Assembly (NCBI GenBank): GCA_963769745.1
Contig: CAVYNB010000041.1
Location: 54,603-118,602 of the forward strand
Direction: 5' to 3'
Source: an uncultured beta proteobacterium
GTDB lineage: Bacteria > Pseudomonadota > Gammaproteobacteria > Burkholderiales > Burkholderiaceae_F
Length of the DNA stretch: 64,000 nt
The translations under genes and the position numbers were made by a program. Under the pieces are notes generated by a model. That model ran no database searches. It worked only from the letters and a program-made list of their open reading frames with translations, and was not told the origin of the DNA. Positions 44,037 to 53,153 of this stretch are shown here, one piece after another (position 1 is the first letter of the stretch; each line of letters opens with the position of its first letter).

Positions 44037-44775
44037 GTGAAGCTCGAACCGATCGAGGACGCACGCGGCTGGGTGCGCGAGGCCCGTCGCATCACCGTCC
44101 TGACGGGCGCCGGTGATGTCCGCGGAAAGCGGCGTGCCGACATTCCGCGACGCACAGACCGGCCTCTGGTCGCGGTTCGATCCCATGCAACTGGCGTCGG
44201 AACCGGGGTTTCGCGCTGATCCGGCGCTGGTGTGGCGCTGGTATGCGGGACGCCGCGATGCGGTCGCGCGCGCCGAGCCGAATGCCGGGCATCTGGCATT
44301 GGCGACGGCGGAGCAGCGCTACGATCGATTCTCGATCGTTACGCAAAACGTCGATGGACTGCATCGACGTGCCGGATCGCGAAACGTCATCGAGATCCAT
44401 GGCTCGATCACGCAGACGATCTGCCTCGCGAAGTGCGGCTTTGTCGAGAACGATCCCGCAGGCTTGCCCAACGGCGAGCCGCCGCGATGCCCACACTGCG
44501 GCGACTGGTTGCGCCCCGGTGTCGTCTGGTTCGGAGAAATGCTCGATCCGGATCGACTGGCGGCGGCCGAGGCTGCAGCGGCGGACTGCGACGTGATGCT
44601 GGTCGTCGGGACATCGGGACTCGTGTATCCGGCGGCGGCGCTGCCCCTGACGGCGCGGCGCGCAGGGGCGCAGGTCATCGTCGTCAACCCGTCGGACAGC
44701 GACCTCGACCCGGTGGCCCGGATCGTCGTGCGGGCGACGGCGGCCGTGGCGCTGCCACGCTTGCTGGCACGTTGA
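44037..44775 (+). pseudogene. cobB: NAD-dependent protein deacylase (Sir2/CobB family) with an apparent +1 frame disruption at nt 44115
   Basis: (V)KLEPIEDARGWVREARRITVLTGAG is in frame 3 up to 44114. MSAESGVPTFRDAQTGLW...QNVDGLH...CPHCGDWLRPGVVWFGE... is in frame 1 from 44116. The Rossmann GAG motif and the SAESG motif are separated by one extra G. Confidence 0.8.
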
Positions 44776-44783
44776 GAACGGCC

Positions 44784-44813
44784 TTGTGCGGCGCGGCGCA
44801 ATTCGGCTAGAAT
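44784..44813 (+). promoter_or_regulatory. candidate sigma-70 promoter of the rpsF-priB-rpsR-rplI operon
   Basis: TTGTGC (44784-44789), an 18-nt spacer, then TAGAAT (44808-44813). It is followed by a ~135-nt leader with hairpins AGGCTT-TTCA-AAGCCT and CCGGAA-AGACGC-TTCCGG. Confidence 0.5.
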
Positions 44814-44949
44814 CGCAGGCTTTTCAAGCCTTTGCGGGCTACCTTGCTGCACCGGAAAGACGCTTCCGGGCAGCTCACCTTCCGGCATCGCCAGAGCAAT
44901 GCGCGTGCGCAGTGCGCCAGGGATGCCGGGCCATCCACAAGGAGCAACG

Positions 44950-45333
44950 ATGCGTCATTACGAAATCTGTTTCATTGTGCATCCCGATCAGAGCGAGCAG
45001 GTGCCCGCGATGATCGATCGCTACAAGGCGATGATCACGGCAGGCAGCGGCACGCTGCATCGGATCGAGGACTGGGGCCGTCGACAGCTGGCCTATCCGA
45101 TCGAAAAGCTCGTGAAAGCGCATTACGTGCTGATGAACATCGAGTGCGATAACAAGACACTCGATGAGCTCGAGCATGCCTTCCGCTACAACGACGCGGT
45201 GCTCCGCCATCTCACCATCAAGATGAAGAAGGCCGAGACGACGGCCTCGCCGATGATGAAGGTGGTCGAGCGCGAGGAAGCACGCAAGGCGGCCGCCGAG
45301 CAGTCGGCGGCGGCGGCACCGGTCGCGGCCTGA
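44950..45333 (+). CDS. rpsF: 30S ribosomal protein S6
   Basis: [18 protein letters not shown]... The RBS AAGGAG is 6 nt upstream. Confidence 0.95.
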   Translation: MRHYEICFIVHPDQSEQVPAMIDRYKAMITAGSGTLHRIEDWGRRQLAYPIEKLVKAHYVLMNIECDNKTLDELEHAFRYNDAVLRHLTIKMKKAETTASPMMKVVEREEARKAAAEQSAAAAPVAA

Positions 45334-45413
45334 GCGTGTCGAGAGTCGGTTGGCGATCCTCGCGGACGCTAACGTGACCTCGGTGCGAGTACCAGCGATC
45401 AACGGCATGAACT

Positions 45414-45719
45414 GTGGCAAAAGCAGCGGTGAACGAACTGCGCATATCCGCCACCCCGGTCGCCCGTAGCGCGCTGCGCTACACGCCGGCCGGAGTGGCA
45501 GTGGCAGAGGGCAGTTTCCGCCACGGTGGTGCGTTGGTCGAGGCGGGTACGGAACGGACGCTCGACTTCGAGTTTGCCGCGATCGCCGTGGGACCCGTGG
45601 CCATCGGACTCGATCGGGAACCGCTCGGACAACCGCTCACCATCTCCGGCTTCATCGCCCCGAAGACGCGCCGTTCGAACCGATTGATCGTGCACATCAC
45701 CGAATACGCCAGACAGTAA
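45414..45719 (+). CDS. priB: primosomal replication protein N (PriB), start uncertain (GTG 45414 or 45429)
   Basis: An OB fold (...ALRYTPAGVAVAE...), located between rpsF and rpsR. Confidence 0.8.
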   Translation: MAKAAVNELRISATPVARSALRYTPAGVAVAEGSFRHGGALVEAGTERTLDFEFAAIAVGPVAIGLDREPLGQPLTISGFIAPKTRRSNRLIVHITEYARQ

Positions 45720-45767
45720 AGATTTCGTCGGAACCATCACAGGAATTCAGGAGCACAGGAGCACCAA

Positions 45768-46064
45768 ATGGCAACCTCGATGCGAGGCAAGGGCAAGGGC
45801 AAGGGCAAGAATGACAAGGGCAAGCGGCGTCCGTCACAGCAGAACGCGCTGTTCAAGCGCAAGAAGTTCTGCCGTTTCACGGCCGAAAAGGTCGACCAGA
45901 TCGACTACAAGGACGTCGATACGCTGCGGGACTTCGTCGGCGAGAACGGCAAGATCACTCCGGCCCGACTCACCGGCACCAAGGCGCACTATCAGCGCCA
46001 GCTCGACACGGCGATCAAGCGTGCGCGTTTCCTCGCACTGCTGCCGTACACCGATACCCATTAA
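45768..46064 (+). CDS. rpsR: 30S ribosomal protein S18 with a Lys/Gly-rich N-terminal extension
   Basis: [21 protein letters not shown]...[14 protein letters not shown]... Confidence 0.95.
   Translation: MATSMRGKGKGKGKNDKGKRRPSQQNALFKRKKFCRFTAEKVDQIDYKDVDTLRDFVGENGKITPARLTGTKAHYQRQLDTAIKRARFLALLPYTDTH
45786..45809 (+). repeat. (GGCAAG)x4 in-frame hexanucleotide tandem repeat inside rpsR
   Basis: Read directly. It encodes GKGKGKGK, and a fifth GGCAAG unit lies at 45818-45823. Confidence 0.9.
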
Positions 46065-46079
46065 GCGAGGGCGACCCAC

Positions 46080-46532
46080 ATGCAAGTCATACTGCTCGAA
46101 AAGGTCGTCAACCTCGGCCAGCTGGGTGACGTCGTCAAGGTCAAGCAAGGCTATGCGCGCAACTTCCTGATTCCGCAGGGCAAGGCACGCCGCGCGACCG
46201 AAACCGCGATCAAGGAGTTCGAGACCCGCCGTGCGGATCTCGAGAAGGCACAGGCCGACAAGCTGGCCGCCGCGCAGGCGGTGCAGGCGCGCCTGAGCGG
46301 GACCAAGGTCCAGGTGACAGCGAAAGCCGGCGTCGATGGCCGGTTGTTCGGGTCGATCACCAACTACGACATCGCCGAGGCGCTGACAAAGCAGGGCTTC
46401 GAGGTCAACAAGGCGCAGGTCCGGATGCCCCAGGGCCCGCTCAAGCTGGTCGGCGATCACCCGATCACCGTTGCCCTGCATTCGGACGTGACGGCGGAGA
46501 TCAGCGTGACAGTCGTGGGCGAACAGGCCTAG
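46080..46532 (+). CDS. rplI: 50S ribosomal protein L9
   Basis: [36 protein letters not shown]. Confidence 0.95.
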   Translation: MQVILLEKVVNLGQLGDVVKVKQGYARNFLIPQGKARRATETAIKEFETRRADLEKAQADKLAAAQAVQARLSGTKVQVTAKAGVDGRLFGSITNYDIAEALTKQGFEVNKAQVRMPQGPLKLVGDHPITVALHSDVTAEISVTVVGEQA

Positions 46533-46554
46533 ACAGACACGTTGCGCCAACTCA

Positions 46555-46580
46555 GGGCGGCCGCACGGCCGCCCTTTTTG
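46555..46580 (+). terminator. rho-independent terminator after rplI
   Basis: GGGCGGCC-GCAC-GGCCGCCC followed by TTTTTG. Confidence 0.85.
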
Positions 46581-46689
46581 TTCCATGACGGCCTGCCGTT
46601 GATGCCGGCGCCCTTACCGCCGTTGCTGTAGTGTTCGCACTGCGCGGACGACCGTTCGCGATCGTTTCCCTCTCAGTATTCTGCGTTCC

Positions 46690-48069
46690 GTGAACCAGCC
46701 GGTTTCCGATCCTCAGCTCGCCGCGGTGCGTACACCGCCGCACTCCATCGAGGCCGAACAATCGGTGCTCGGCGGCCTCCTGCTGGACAACACCGCCTGG
46801 GACCGGATTGCCGACCTGGTCGGCACCGACGACTTCTACCGCAATGACCATCGGCTCATCTTCGCAGCGATCAGCCGCCTGATCGACGCCGGCAAGCCGG
46901 CCGACGCGGTCACCGTGTTCGAGGCCCTGCGCAACTCGAACAAGGCAGATGATGCCGGCGGCCTCGTCTACCTCAACACGCTGGCGCAGAACACGCCGTC
47001 GGCAGCCAACATCCGCCGCTACGCCGAGATCGTGCGCGAACGCTCGGTCCTGCGACGCCTGGTGTCGGCCGGTGACGAAATCGCCACCAGTGCCCTGAAT
47101 CCTGCGGGTCGCGACACCAAGCAGATCCTCGACGATGCGGAAAGCAGGGTGTTCCGCATCGCCGAGGAAGGCGCGCGCGGCCGACAAGGCTTCATCGAGA
47201 TCCAGCCGCTGCTGACGAAGGTGGTTGAACGGATCCAGGAACTCTTCGAACGTGCCAATCCCTCGGACGTCACCGGCGCGCCGACCGGATTCACGGACCT
47301 CGACTCCAAGACCTCGGGCTTCCAGCCGGGCGATCTGATCATCATCGCGGGACGACCGTCGATGGGCAAGACGGCACTTGCACTCAACATCGGCGAGCAC
47401 GTCGCGCTCGACCAGGGCATGCCGGTGGCGGTGTTTTCGATGGAAATGGGAGCATCACAACTCGCGCTGCGCATGCTGAGCTCCGTTGGCCGGCTCGACC
47501 AGCAGCGACTGCGGACCGGGCGGCTCCTTGACGACGACTGGCCGCGCCTGACGACCGCCATCCAGAAGATGCACGAGGCGCCGCTGTACATCGACGAAAC
47601 GCCGGCCCTGACCGCCATTGACCTGCGCGCGCGCGCGCGGCGGTTGTCACGCACCTGCGGCAAGCTCGGGCTCATCATCGTCGACTACCTGCAGTTGATG
47701 AGTGCGAGCGGGCAGGGCGAGAACCGCGCGACCGAAATCTCCGAGATCTCGCGCGGCCTGAAGGCGCTGGCCAAGGAACTCGCCGTGCCGGTGGTGGCGC
47801 TGTCGCAGCTGAACCGCACCGTGGAGCAGCGTACCGACAAGCGACCGGTGATGTCGGACCTGCGCGAGTCGGGGGCCATCGAGCAGGACGCGGACGTGAT
47901 CCTGTTCATCTACCGCGACGAGGTCTACAACCCCGACACGAACGACAAGAACATCGCCGAGATCATCATCGGCAAGCAGCGCAACGGTCCGATCGGGCGC
48001 GTGAATCTGCGCTTCGACGGGCAGTTCACCAAGTTCGAGAATCTCGCGCGCAGCGCGCAGTTCGCATGA
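46690..48069 (+). CDS. dnaB: replicative DNA helicase DnaB
   Basis: PPHSIEAEQSVLGGLLLDN..., Walker A GRPSMGKTA, and C-terminal ...IIGKQRNGPIG. GTG start. Confidence 0.95.
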   Translation: MNQPVSDPQLAAVRTPPHSIEAEQSVLGGLLLDNTAWDRIADLVGTDDFYRNDHRLIFAAISRLIDAGKPADAVTVFEALRNSNKADDAGGLVYLNTLAQNTPSAANIRRYAEIVRERSVLRRLVSAGDEIATSALNPAGRDTKQILDDAESRVFRIAEEGARGRQGFIEIQPLLTKVVERIQELFERANPSDVTGAPTGFTDLDSKTSGFQPGDLIIIAGRPSMGKTALALNIGEHVALDQGMPVAVFSMEMGASQLALRMLSSVGRLDQQRLRTGRLLDDDWPRLTTAIQKMHEAPLYIDETPALTAIDLRARARRLSRTCGKLGLIIVDYLQLMSASGQGENRATEISEISRGLKALAKELAVPVVALSQLNRTVEQRTDKRPVMSDLRESGAIEQDADVILFIYRDEVYNPDTNDKNIAEIIIGKQRNGPIGRVNLRFDGQFTKFENLARSAQFA

Positions 48070-48119
48070 CCTCGCGGTTCGTGCAGGATCAGCCGGAACG
48101 CCGCGGGCTGCGGGGCTCG

Positions 48120-48740
48120 ATGCTGCGTCGACTCGTTCCCCGAGATCGCCGCTTCTACCCGTTGTTCAACCGGCAGGCGCAGTTGTGCGTTGAAGGCCTG
48201 ACCGCGCTGGCGGATCTGCTCGCGGATGTGCGCGATCCCCACGGCCGGGTGCGCGATGTCGAGGCCATCGAGAAGCGCGGCGACGGCGTCGTCGCCGAAA
48301 CATTGGCGTTGCTGCACCGCTCGTGGCTGCCGCCGTTTCCCCGTCTGGCGATCCACGCACTCATCAACCGCCTGGACGACATCCTTGACCTGGCCGAAGA
48401 CGTCGCGCAGTCACTGCACCTGTATCACGTGACGGCGATGACGGCGGAGGGCCGCCGGCTGGCGGAACTTGCGGTGCAAAGCGCCGGCACGCTCGAGCGC
48501 GCCGTGGCCGGCCTGGAAGCGCCGGGCGACGGTAGCGTGGTCCTCGCGCTGTGCGAGGAAGTGAACTCCCTCGAAGCGCAGGCCGATCATGTGTTCCGTG
48601 CCGCCATGTCGCGGCTGTTTCGCGAAGAGCCCGACACGCGCCAGCTCGTCAAGCTCAAGGCGATCTACGAGTTGCTCGAGGAACTCACGGACAAGTGCAA
48701 GAACGCGGCAGCCGAGGTCCAGGCGCTGGCGTTGCGTTAG
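48120..48740 (+). CDS. DUF47-family (PhoU-like, TIGR00153) protein
   Basis: MLRRLVPRDRRFYPLFNRQA... and the C-terminal KAIYELLEELTDKCKNAA are typical of DUF47. The start was set at the internal ATG. Confidence 0.7.
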   Translation: MLRRLVPRDRRFYPLFNRQAQLCVEGLTALADLLADVRDPHGRVRDVEAIEKRGDGVVAETLALLHRSWLPPFPRLAIHALINRLDDILDLAEDVAQSLHLYHVTAMTAEGRRLAELAVQSAGTLERAVAGLEAPGDGSVVLALCEEVNSLEAQADHVFRAAMSRLFREEPDTRQLVKLKAIYELLEELTDKCKNAAAEVQALALR

Positions 48741-48752
48741 GACGGTCGCGCC

Positions 48753-49232
48753 GTGACCGTCGCTCTGTGGATACTGGCTGTCGTGCTGATCGTCGTCGGA
48801 GTGGCCGGCACCTTTTTGCCGGCGCTGCCCGGCATTCCCCTGATCTTCGGCGGAGTGCTGCTGGCGGCCTGGATCGATGACTTCCAGCGCATACCGGGCT
48901 GGGTCATCGGCGTGCTGGCCGTGCTGGCGGTGATCGGCATCGCCGTCGACTACGTTGCGGCAGCACTGTCGGCGCGCCGCATCGGCGCGAGCCGACAGGG
49001 CATCATCGGCGCGGCCATCGGCACTCTGGCCGGCATCTTCACCGGACTCTGGGGCCTGCTGTTCATGCCACTGGTCGGTGCGGCCATCGGCGAGTACCTT
49101 GCTCATCAGGACGCGCTGCGCGCCGGCAAGGTGGGCATCGCGACCTGGTTCGGCCTGTTGATCGGTACCGCAATCAAGATCGCGGTGGCGTTCACGATGA
49201 TCGGTGTCGCGGTCGCGGCATTGCTGATCTGA
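48753..49232 (+). CDS. DUF456-family integral membrane protein
   Basis: Four hydrophobic segments. GTFLPALPGIPLIFGG... and ...GAAIGEYL... are characteristic of DUF456. Confidence 0.65.
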   Translation: MTVALWILAVVLIVVGVAGTFLPALPGIPLIFGGVLLAAWIDDFQRIPGWVIGVLAVLAVIGIAVDYVAAALSARRIGASRQGIIGAAIGTLAGIFTGLWGLLFMPLVGAAIGEYLAHQDALRAGKVGIATWFGLLIGTAIKIAVAFTMIGVAVAALLI

Positions 49233-49277
49233 AGTGCCGGCTCACCAGATCAACCGCTCGATGCCGGAAGGACGACC

Positions 49278-50483
49278 TTGCTGCGCTTTCTGACGCTGCT
49301 GGGGGCGGTGCTGGCCGTGGCCGGATGTACGGGCCTGACGCGCAATCCCGTTCCGCTGGCCGATGGCGCGCGCGCCACGATTCCCGATATGCCAGTCGTG
49401 CGGGGCTGGGCCGCCGTGCCCAGCGAGGCGATGGAGCGCGACTTCGCGCTGTCGTTCAAGCAGGAAAAACCGGGCACTTTCGCGCGCCGCGCGGATGGCC
49501 GGGTCGTCTATCCGCAGCTCGCCATTTCGGGCGGTGGCCCCAACGGAGCCTTCGGCGCCGGCTTCCTCAAGGGATGGTCGGAAAGCGGCAAGCGACCGGT
49601 CTTCAAGATCGTCACCGGTGTTTCCACGGGCGCCATGATGGCGCCCTTCGCTTTTCTCGGGGCCGAGTTCGACGACCGGATGAAGCACTTCTACACGACC
49701 ACGGCCACGCAGGACGTCTTCTCGATGCCGCGTTCCCTGGTGCTGCAGGTCCTGCGTGGCGAGGCCGTCGCCGACTCGGCGCCCCTGGCGCGGCTCATCG
49801 CCAACGACCTCGACATGGCGATGCTGAATCGAATCGCGGCAGCGCATGCCGAGGGTCGACGGCTTTACATCGGCACCGTCGACCTGGATGCGCAGCGCTT
49901 CGTCATCTGGAACATGGGGCTCATTGCCCAGGCCGGAACGCCGCAGGCGCTCCAGCTCTTCCGCGATGTGGTGCTCGCGTCGGCATCGGTGCCACTGGCA
50001 GTGCAGCCGGTGCTGTTCGAGGTCGATGTCGACGGCCGACGCTACGACGAGATGCACGTCGACGGTGCCGTTGGCTTTCGCGTGTTCTACAACGGCGGAC
50101 TGTTCCGGACGTCCATCGTGCGCCAGCGCGAACTGCCGACGCCCACTTACGAGGATGTCTACATCATCCACAACGGCCAGCTGTCACCGCAGGCCGAGCA
50201 CACCGACCGCACGCTGCGAACTATCGGCCACCGCACGCTGCGCGCGCTGTCGCTGGGGGCGACGTCGGGCGATCTGTTCCGTATCTATGTGGCCACGAGT
50301 GCCGAGGATGCCGGATTCCACTGGGTCACGATGCCCGACGGGGTCGAAGTACGTGGCGACGAACTGTTCGATCCCGCGAAGATGCAGGAGCTGTTCGCGC
50401 TCGGTTATCGCATGGCACGCGATGGGCCGCGCTGGGAAACTCTTCCGCCGGGCTACGAGCGCGTGCGGGACGCCAGCAAGTAG
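49278..50483 (+). CDS. patatin-like phospholipase lipoprotein
   Basis: Lipobox LAVAGC, an oxyanion motif ISGGGPNGAFGAG, a nucleophile GVSTG and a DGA(V) aspartate motif. The TTG start is preceded by GGAAGGA. Confidence 0.8.
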   Translation: MLRFLTLLGAVLAVAGCTGLTRNPVPLADGARATIPDMPVVRGWAAVPSEAMERDFALSFKQEKPGTFARRADGRVVYPQLAISGGGPNGAFGAGFLKGWSESGKRPVFKIVTGVSTGAMMAPFAFLGAEFDDRMKHFYTTTATQDVFSMPRSLVLQVLRGEAVADSAPLARLIANDLDMAMLNRIAAAHAEGRRLYIGTVDLDAQRFVIWNMGLIAQAGTPQALQLFRDVVLASASVPLAVQPVLFEVDVDGRRYDEMHVDGAVGFRVFYNGGLFRTSIVRQRELPTPTYEDVYIIHNGQLSPQAEHTDRTLRTIGHRTLRALSLGATSGDLFRIYVATSAEDAGFHWVTMPDGVEVRGDELFDPAKMQELFALGYRMARDGPRWETLPPGYERVRDASK

Positions 50484-50489
50484 CGGTGT

Positions 50490-52079
50490 CTACAACACCT
50501 CAGCCGCATGGTCGGCCAGCCGCGAGCGCTCGCCTCGCTGCAGAGTCACATGGCCCGAGTGCAGCCAGCCCTTGAAGCGATCGACCACATAGGTCAGGCC
50601 TGACGATCCCTCGGTGAGGTAGGGCGTGTCGATCTGCGCGATGTTGCCGAGGCAGACGACCTTGGTGCCGGGCCCGGCGCGCGTGATCAGCGTCTTCATC
50701 TGCTTCGGCGTCAGGTTCTGCGCCTCGTCGATGATCAGGTACTTGTTGATGAAGGTGCGGCCACGCATGAAGTTGAGCGACTTGATGCGGATGCGCGTGC
50801 GGATCAGGTCATTGGTCGCGGCGCGGCCCCACTCGCCGGCCGCGTCGTCGGTCTTGTTCAGCACCTCGAGGTTGTCTTCGAGTGCGCCCATCCACGGCGC
50901 CATCTTTTCTTCCTCGGTGCCGGGCAGGAAGCCGATGTCCTCGCCGACCGGCACCGTCGCGCGGGTGACGATGATCTCGGCGAAACGCTTGGTCTCCAGC
51001 GTCTGCGACAGGCCGGCAGCCAGCGCCAGCAGCGTCTTGCCGGTGCCCGCCTGCCCGATCAGCGTGACGAAGTCGCACTCGGGATCCATCAGCAGGTTGA
51101 GAGCGAAACTCTGCTCGCGATTGCGGGCGGTCACTCCCCAGACGGCGTTCTTCGCATGGGTGTAGTCACGCAGTACCCGCAGCACCGCCGTCTTGCCGCG
51201 GATCTCGCGCACCTGGGCGTAGAAGCTGGTCCCGTTCTCAAGGAACACGAACTGGTTCACCAGCAGGTCGCCGACGATCGGGCCTGAGATGCGGTAGTAG
51301 GTGAAGCCGCCGGACTGCCACGACTCCATGCCCTTGCCGTTCTTTTCCCAGAAGTTCGCCGGCAGCTGGGCGACGCCGGTGTAAAGGATGTCGGTGTCCT
51401 CGAGCACCTTGTCGTTGTAGTAGTCCTCGGCCGGCAGTCCGAGCGCGCGCGCCTTGATGCGCATGTTGATGTCCTTCGACACCAGCACGACATCGCGCTC
51501 GATATGCTTGTTCTTGAGCGCATTCACGACACCGAGGATCTGGTTGTCGGCCTTCCCGGCCGGCAGGCTTGCGGGCAGCGCCGCGTCGAATGCCTGGGTC
51601 TGGAAAAACAGCCGCCCCGCAGCATCCTTGTTGCCGAGTGCGCTCAACGGTATGCCGTCTTCGATCGGCGTCTTGCACGACGCCACCAGCGCGTCGAGCG
51701 TGCGCGAGACCTGGCGCGCGCTGCGCGCCACTTCCGACATGCCTTTCTTGTGCGAGTCGAGTTCCTCCAGCGTCATCATCGGCAGGAAGACGTCGTGCTC
51801 CTCGAAGCGGAAGAGGCTCGTCGAGTCGTGCATCAGCACATTGGTATCGACGACGAAGAGCTTCGGGCGCTCGTTCGTACGGGGCTTCTTGCCGTTGCTG
51901 CGTGGCTTCGATTCGACCACCGCCAGTCGCGTCGCGAGGGTGGGGCGCGTTGGTGCAGACGGCTCCGGCGCGCGGGCCACGGGGACCGGCAGGCTGGCGG
52001 TCCGCTCAGGGCGGGCCGGTTCGGAGGGAATGGCAACGAGCAGGGTGGCGGGCTTGGTCGGAGCTTTCGGCAGGGGCAT
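50490..52079 (-). CDS. PhoH-family ATPase with an N-terminal PIN domain (YlaK-like) and a Pro-rich leader
   Basis: A PIN domain (LFVVDTNVLMHD...), Walker A GQAGTGKTLLALAAG, and a PhoH core. The start was set at ATG 52079 to clear bcp. Confidence 0.8.
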   Translation of the reverse strand: MPLPKAPTKPATLLVAIPSEPARPERTASLPVPVARAPEPSAPTRPTLATRLAVVESKPRSNGKKPRTNERPKLFVVDTNVLMHDSTSLFRFEEHDVFLPMMTLEELDSHKKGMSEVARSARQVSRTLDALVASCKTPIEDGIPLSALGNKDAAGRLFFQTQAFDAALPASLPAGKADNQILGVVNALKNKHIERDVVLVSKDINMRIKARALGLPAEDYYNDKVLEDTDILYTGVAQLPANFWEKNGKGMESWQSGGFTYYRISGPIVGDLLVNQFVFLENGTSFYAQVREIRGKTAVLRVLRDYTHAKNAVWGVTARNREQSFALNLLMDPECDFVTLIGQAGTGKTLLALAAGLSQTLETKRFAEIIVTRATVPVGEDIGFLPGTEEEKMAPWMGALEDNLEVLNKTDDAAGEWGRAATNDLIRTRIRIKSLNFMRGRTFINKYLIIDEAQNLTPKQMKTLITRAGPGTKVVCLGNIAQIDTPYLTEGSSGLTYVVDRFKGWLHSGHVTLQRGERSRLADHAAEVL

Positions 52080-52134
52080 CAGAGGGGCGGCAGAGCCGTG
52101 AGGGGGAATCGGGGTTGCGCTGGCAGCAATGCGG

Positions 52135-52599
52135 TCAGGCGATCGACTGGACGAAGGCGAGCACATCGGCGACATGGTTCGGCACCTTCACGCCGCGCCA
52201 TTCGCGCCGCAGCACGCCGGCGGCGTCGATCACGAAGGTGCTGCGCTCGATCCCGCGCACCTGCTTGCCGTACATGTTCTTCATCTTCATCACGCCGAAC
52301 TGCTGGCACAGCGACTCGTCCGGGTCGGAGATCAGTTCGAAGGGGAATCCCATCTTCGCCTTGAATCCGTCGTGCGACTTGATGCTGTCGCGCGATATGC
52401 CCAGCACGATGGCCCCCGCGCGCTTGAACTTGGCGTGACTGGCAGCGAAGTCGACGCCCTCGGTGGTGCATCCCGGGGTGTTGTCCTTGGGATAAAAGTA
52501 CAGGACCACGATGCTGCCCTTCAAGGCAGACAGCCGGATCTCGCCGGCGGTGGACATCGCCTGGAAGTCGGGTACCTTTTTGTCGAGGGAAATGGTCAC
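52135..52599 (-). CDS. bcp: thioredoxin-dependent thiol peroxidase (peroxiredoxin Bcp)
   Basis: VVLYFYPKDNTPGCTTE peroxidatic Cys motif. GTG start with GAGG 6 nt upstream. Confidence 0.9.
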   Translation of the reverse strand: MTISLDKKVPDFQAMSTAGEIRLSALKGSIVVLYFYPKDNTPGCTTEGVDFAASHAKFKRAGAIVLGISRDSIKSHDGFKAKMGFPFELISDPDESLCQQFGVMKMKNMYGKQVRGIERSTFVIDAAGVLRREWRGVKVPNHVADVLAFVQSIA

Positions 52600-52606
52600 G
52601 GATGCC

Positions 52607-52981
52607 TCAGTCGTCGAGGAGCAGGGCTGCCAGCACTTTGCGGCCCTCGCCCATCAGGATGTTGTAGGTCCGGCAGGCGGCCTGCGAGGTCATCGACTCG
52701 CAGCCGATTCGTGCGTCGGTGAGCGGCCTTAGCAGCCGCGGGTGCGGAAACCGCTGGCGCATTCCCGTGCCGAGCAGCACGAGTTCGGGAGCGCGGTCGC
52801 GCAGCCGGGCGAAGTCGTCAGCAGTCAGGGACTCGAAACCGGCAACATCCCACGGCTCGACCGGACGATCGGGCGCGATGAGCAGCGGGCAGGAATGGCG
52901 AATCTGGTTGACTTCAATGAAGCCGGAGCCGTAGGCGGTAACCGTGTTGAGCGCTGTCGGTGAGTCCGCGTGCAGTTTCAA
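52607..52981 (-). CDS. Mth938-like domain protein (DUF498 / NDUFAF3-like)
   Basis: (M)KLHADSPTALNTVTAYG...ELVLLGTGMRQRFP...AACRTYNILMGEGRKV. TTG start at 52981. It is only the C-terminal 124 codons of the 260-aa track ORF. Confidence 0.7.
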   Translation of the reverse strand: MKLHADSPTALNTVTAYGSGFIEVNQIRHSCPLLIAPDRPVEPWDVAGFESLTADDFARLRDRAPELVLLGTGMRQRFPHPRLLRPLTDARIGCESMTSQAACRTYNILMGEGRKVLAALLLDD

Positions 52982-53153
52982 TTCGCTCCGGGCTTCCTTG
53001 CGATCGACCGCGGGCCGCGGATCGATGCGAGAACAGTTCGGGTACATTATAGGCACACGTTGCGCCGCACAAGCGAGAGCTATCTGACTGGAAATCGCAC
53101 CGGCGTGTTCGGTTTGCGGCGCCTTTGCAACACAGTGTCCGAGGTCCGGGGAG

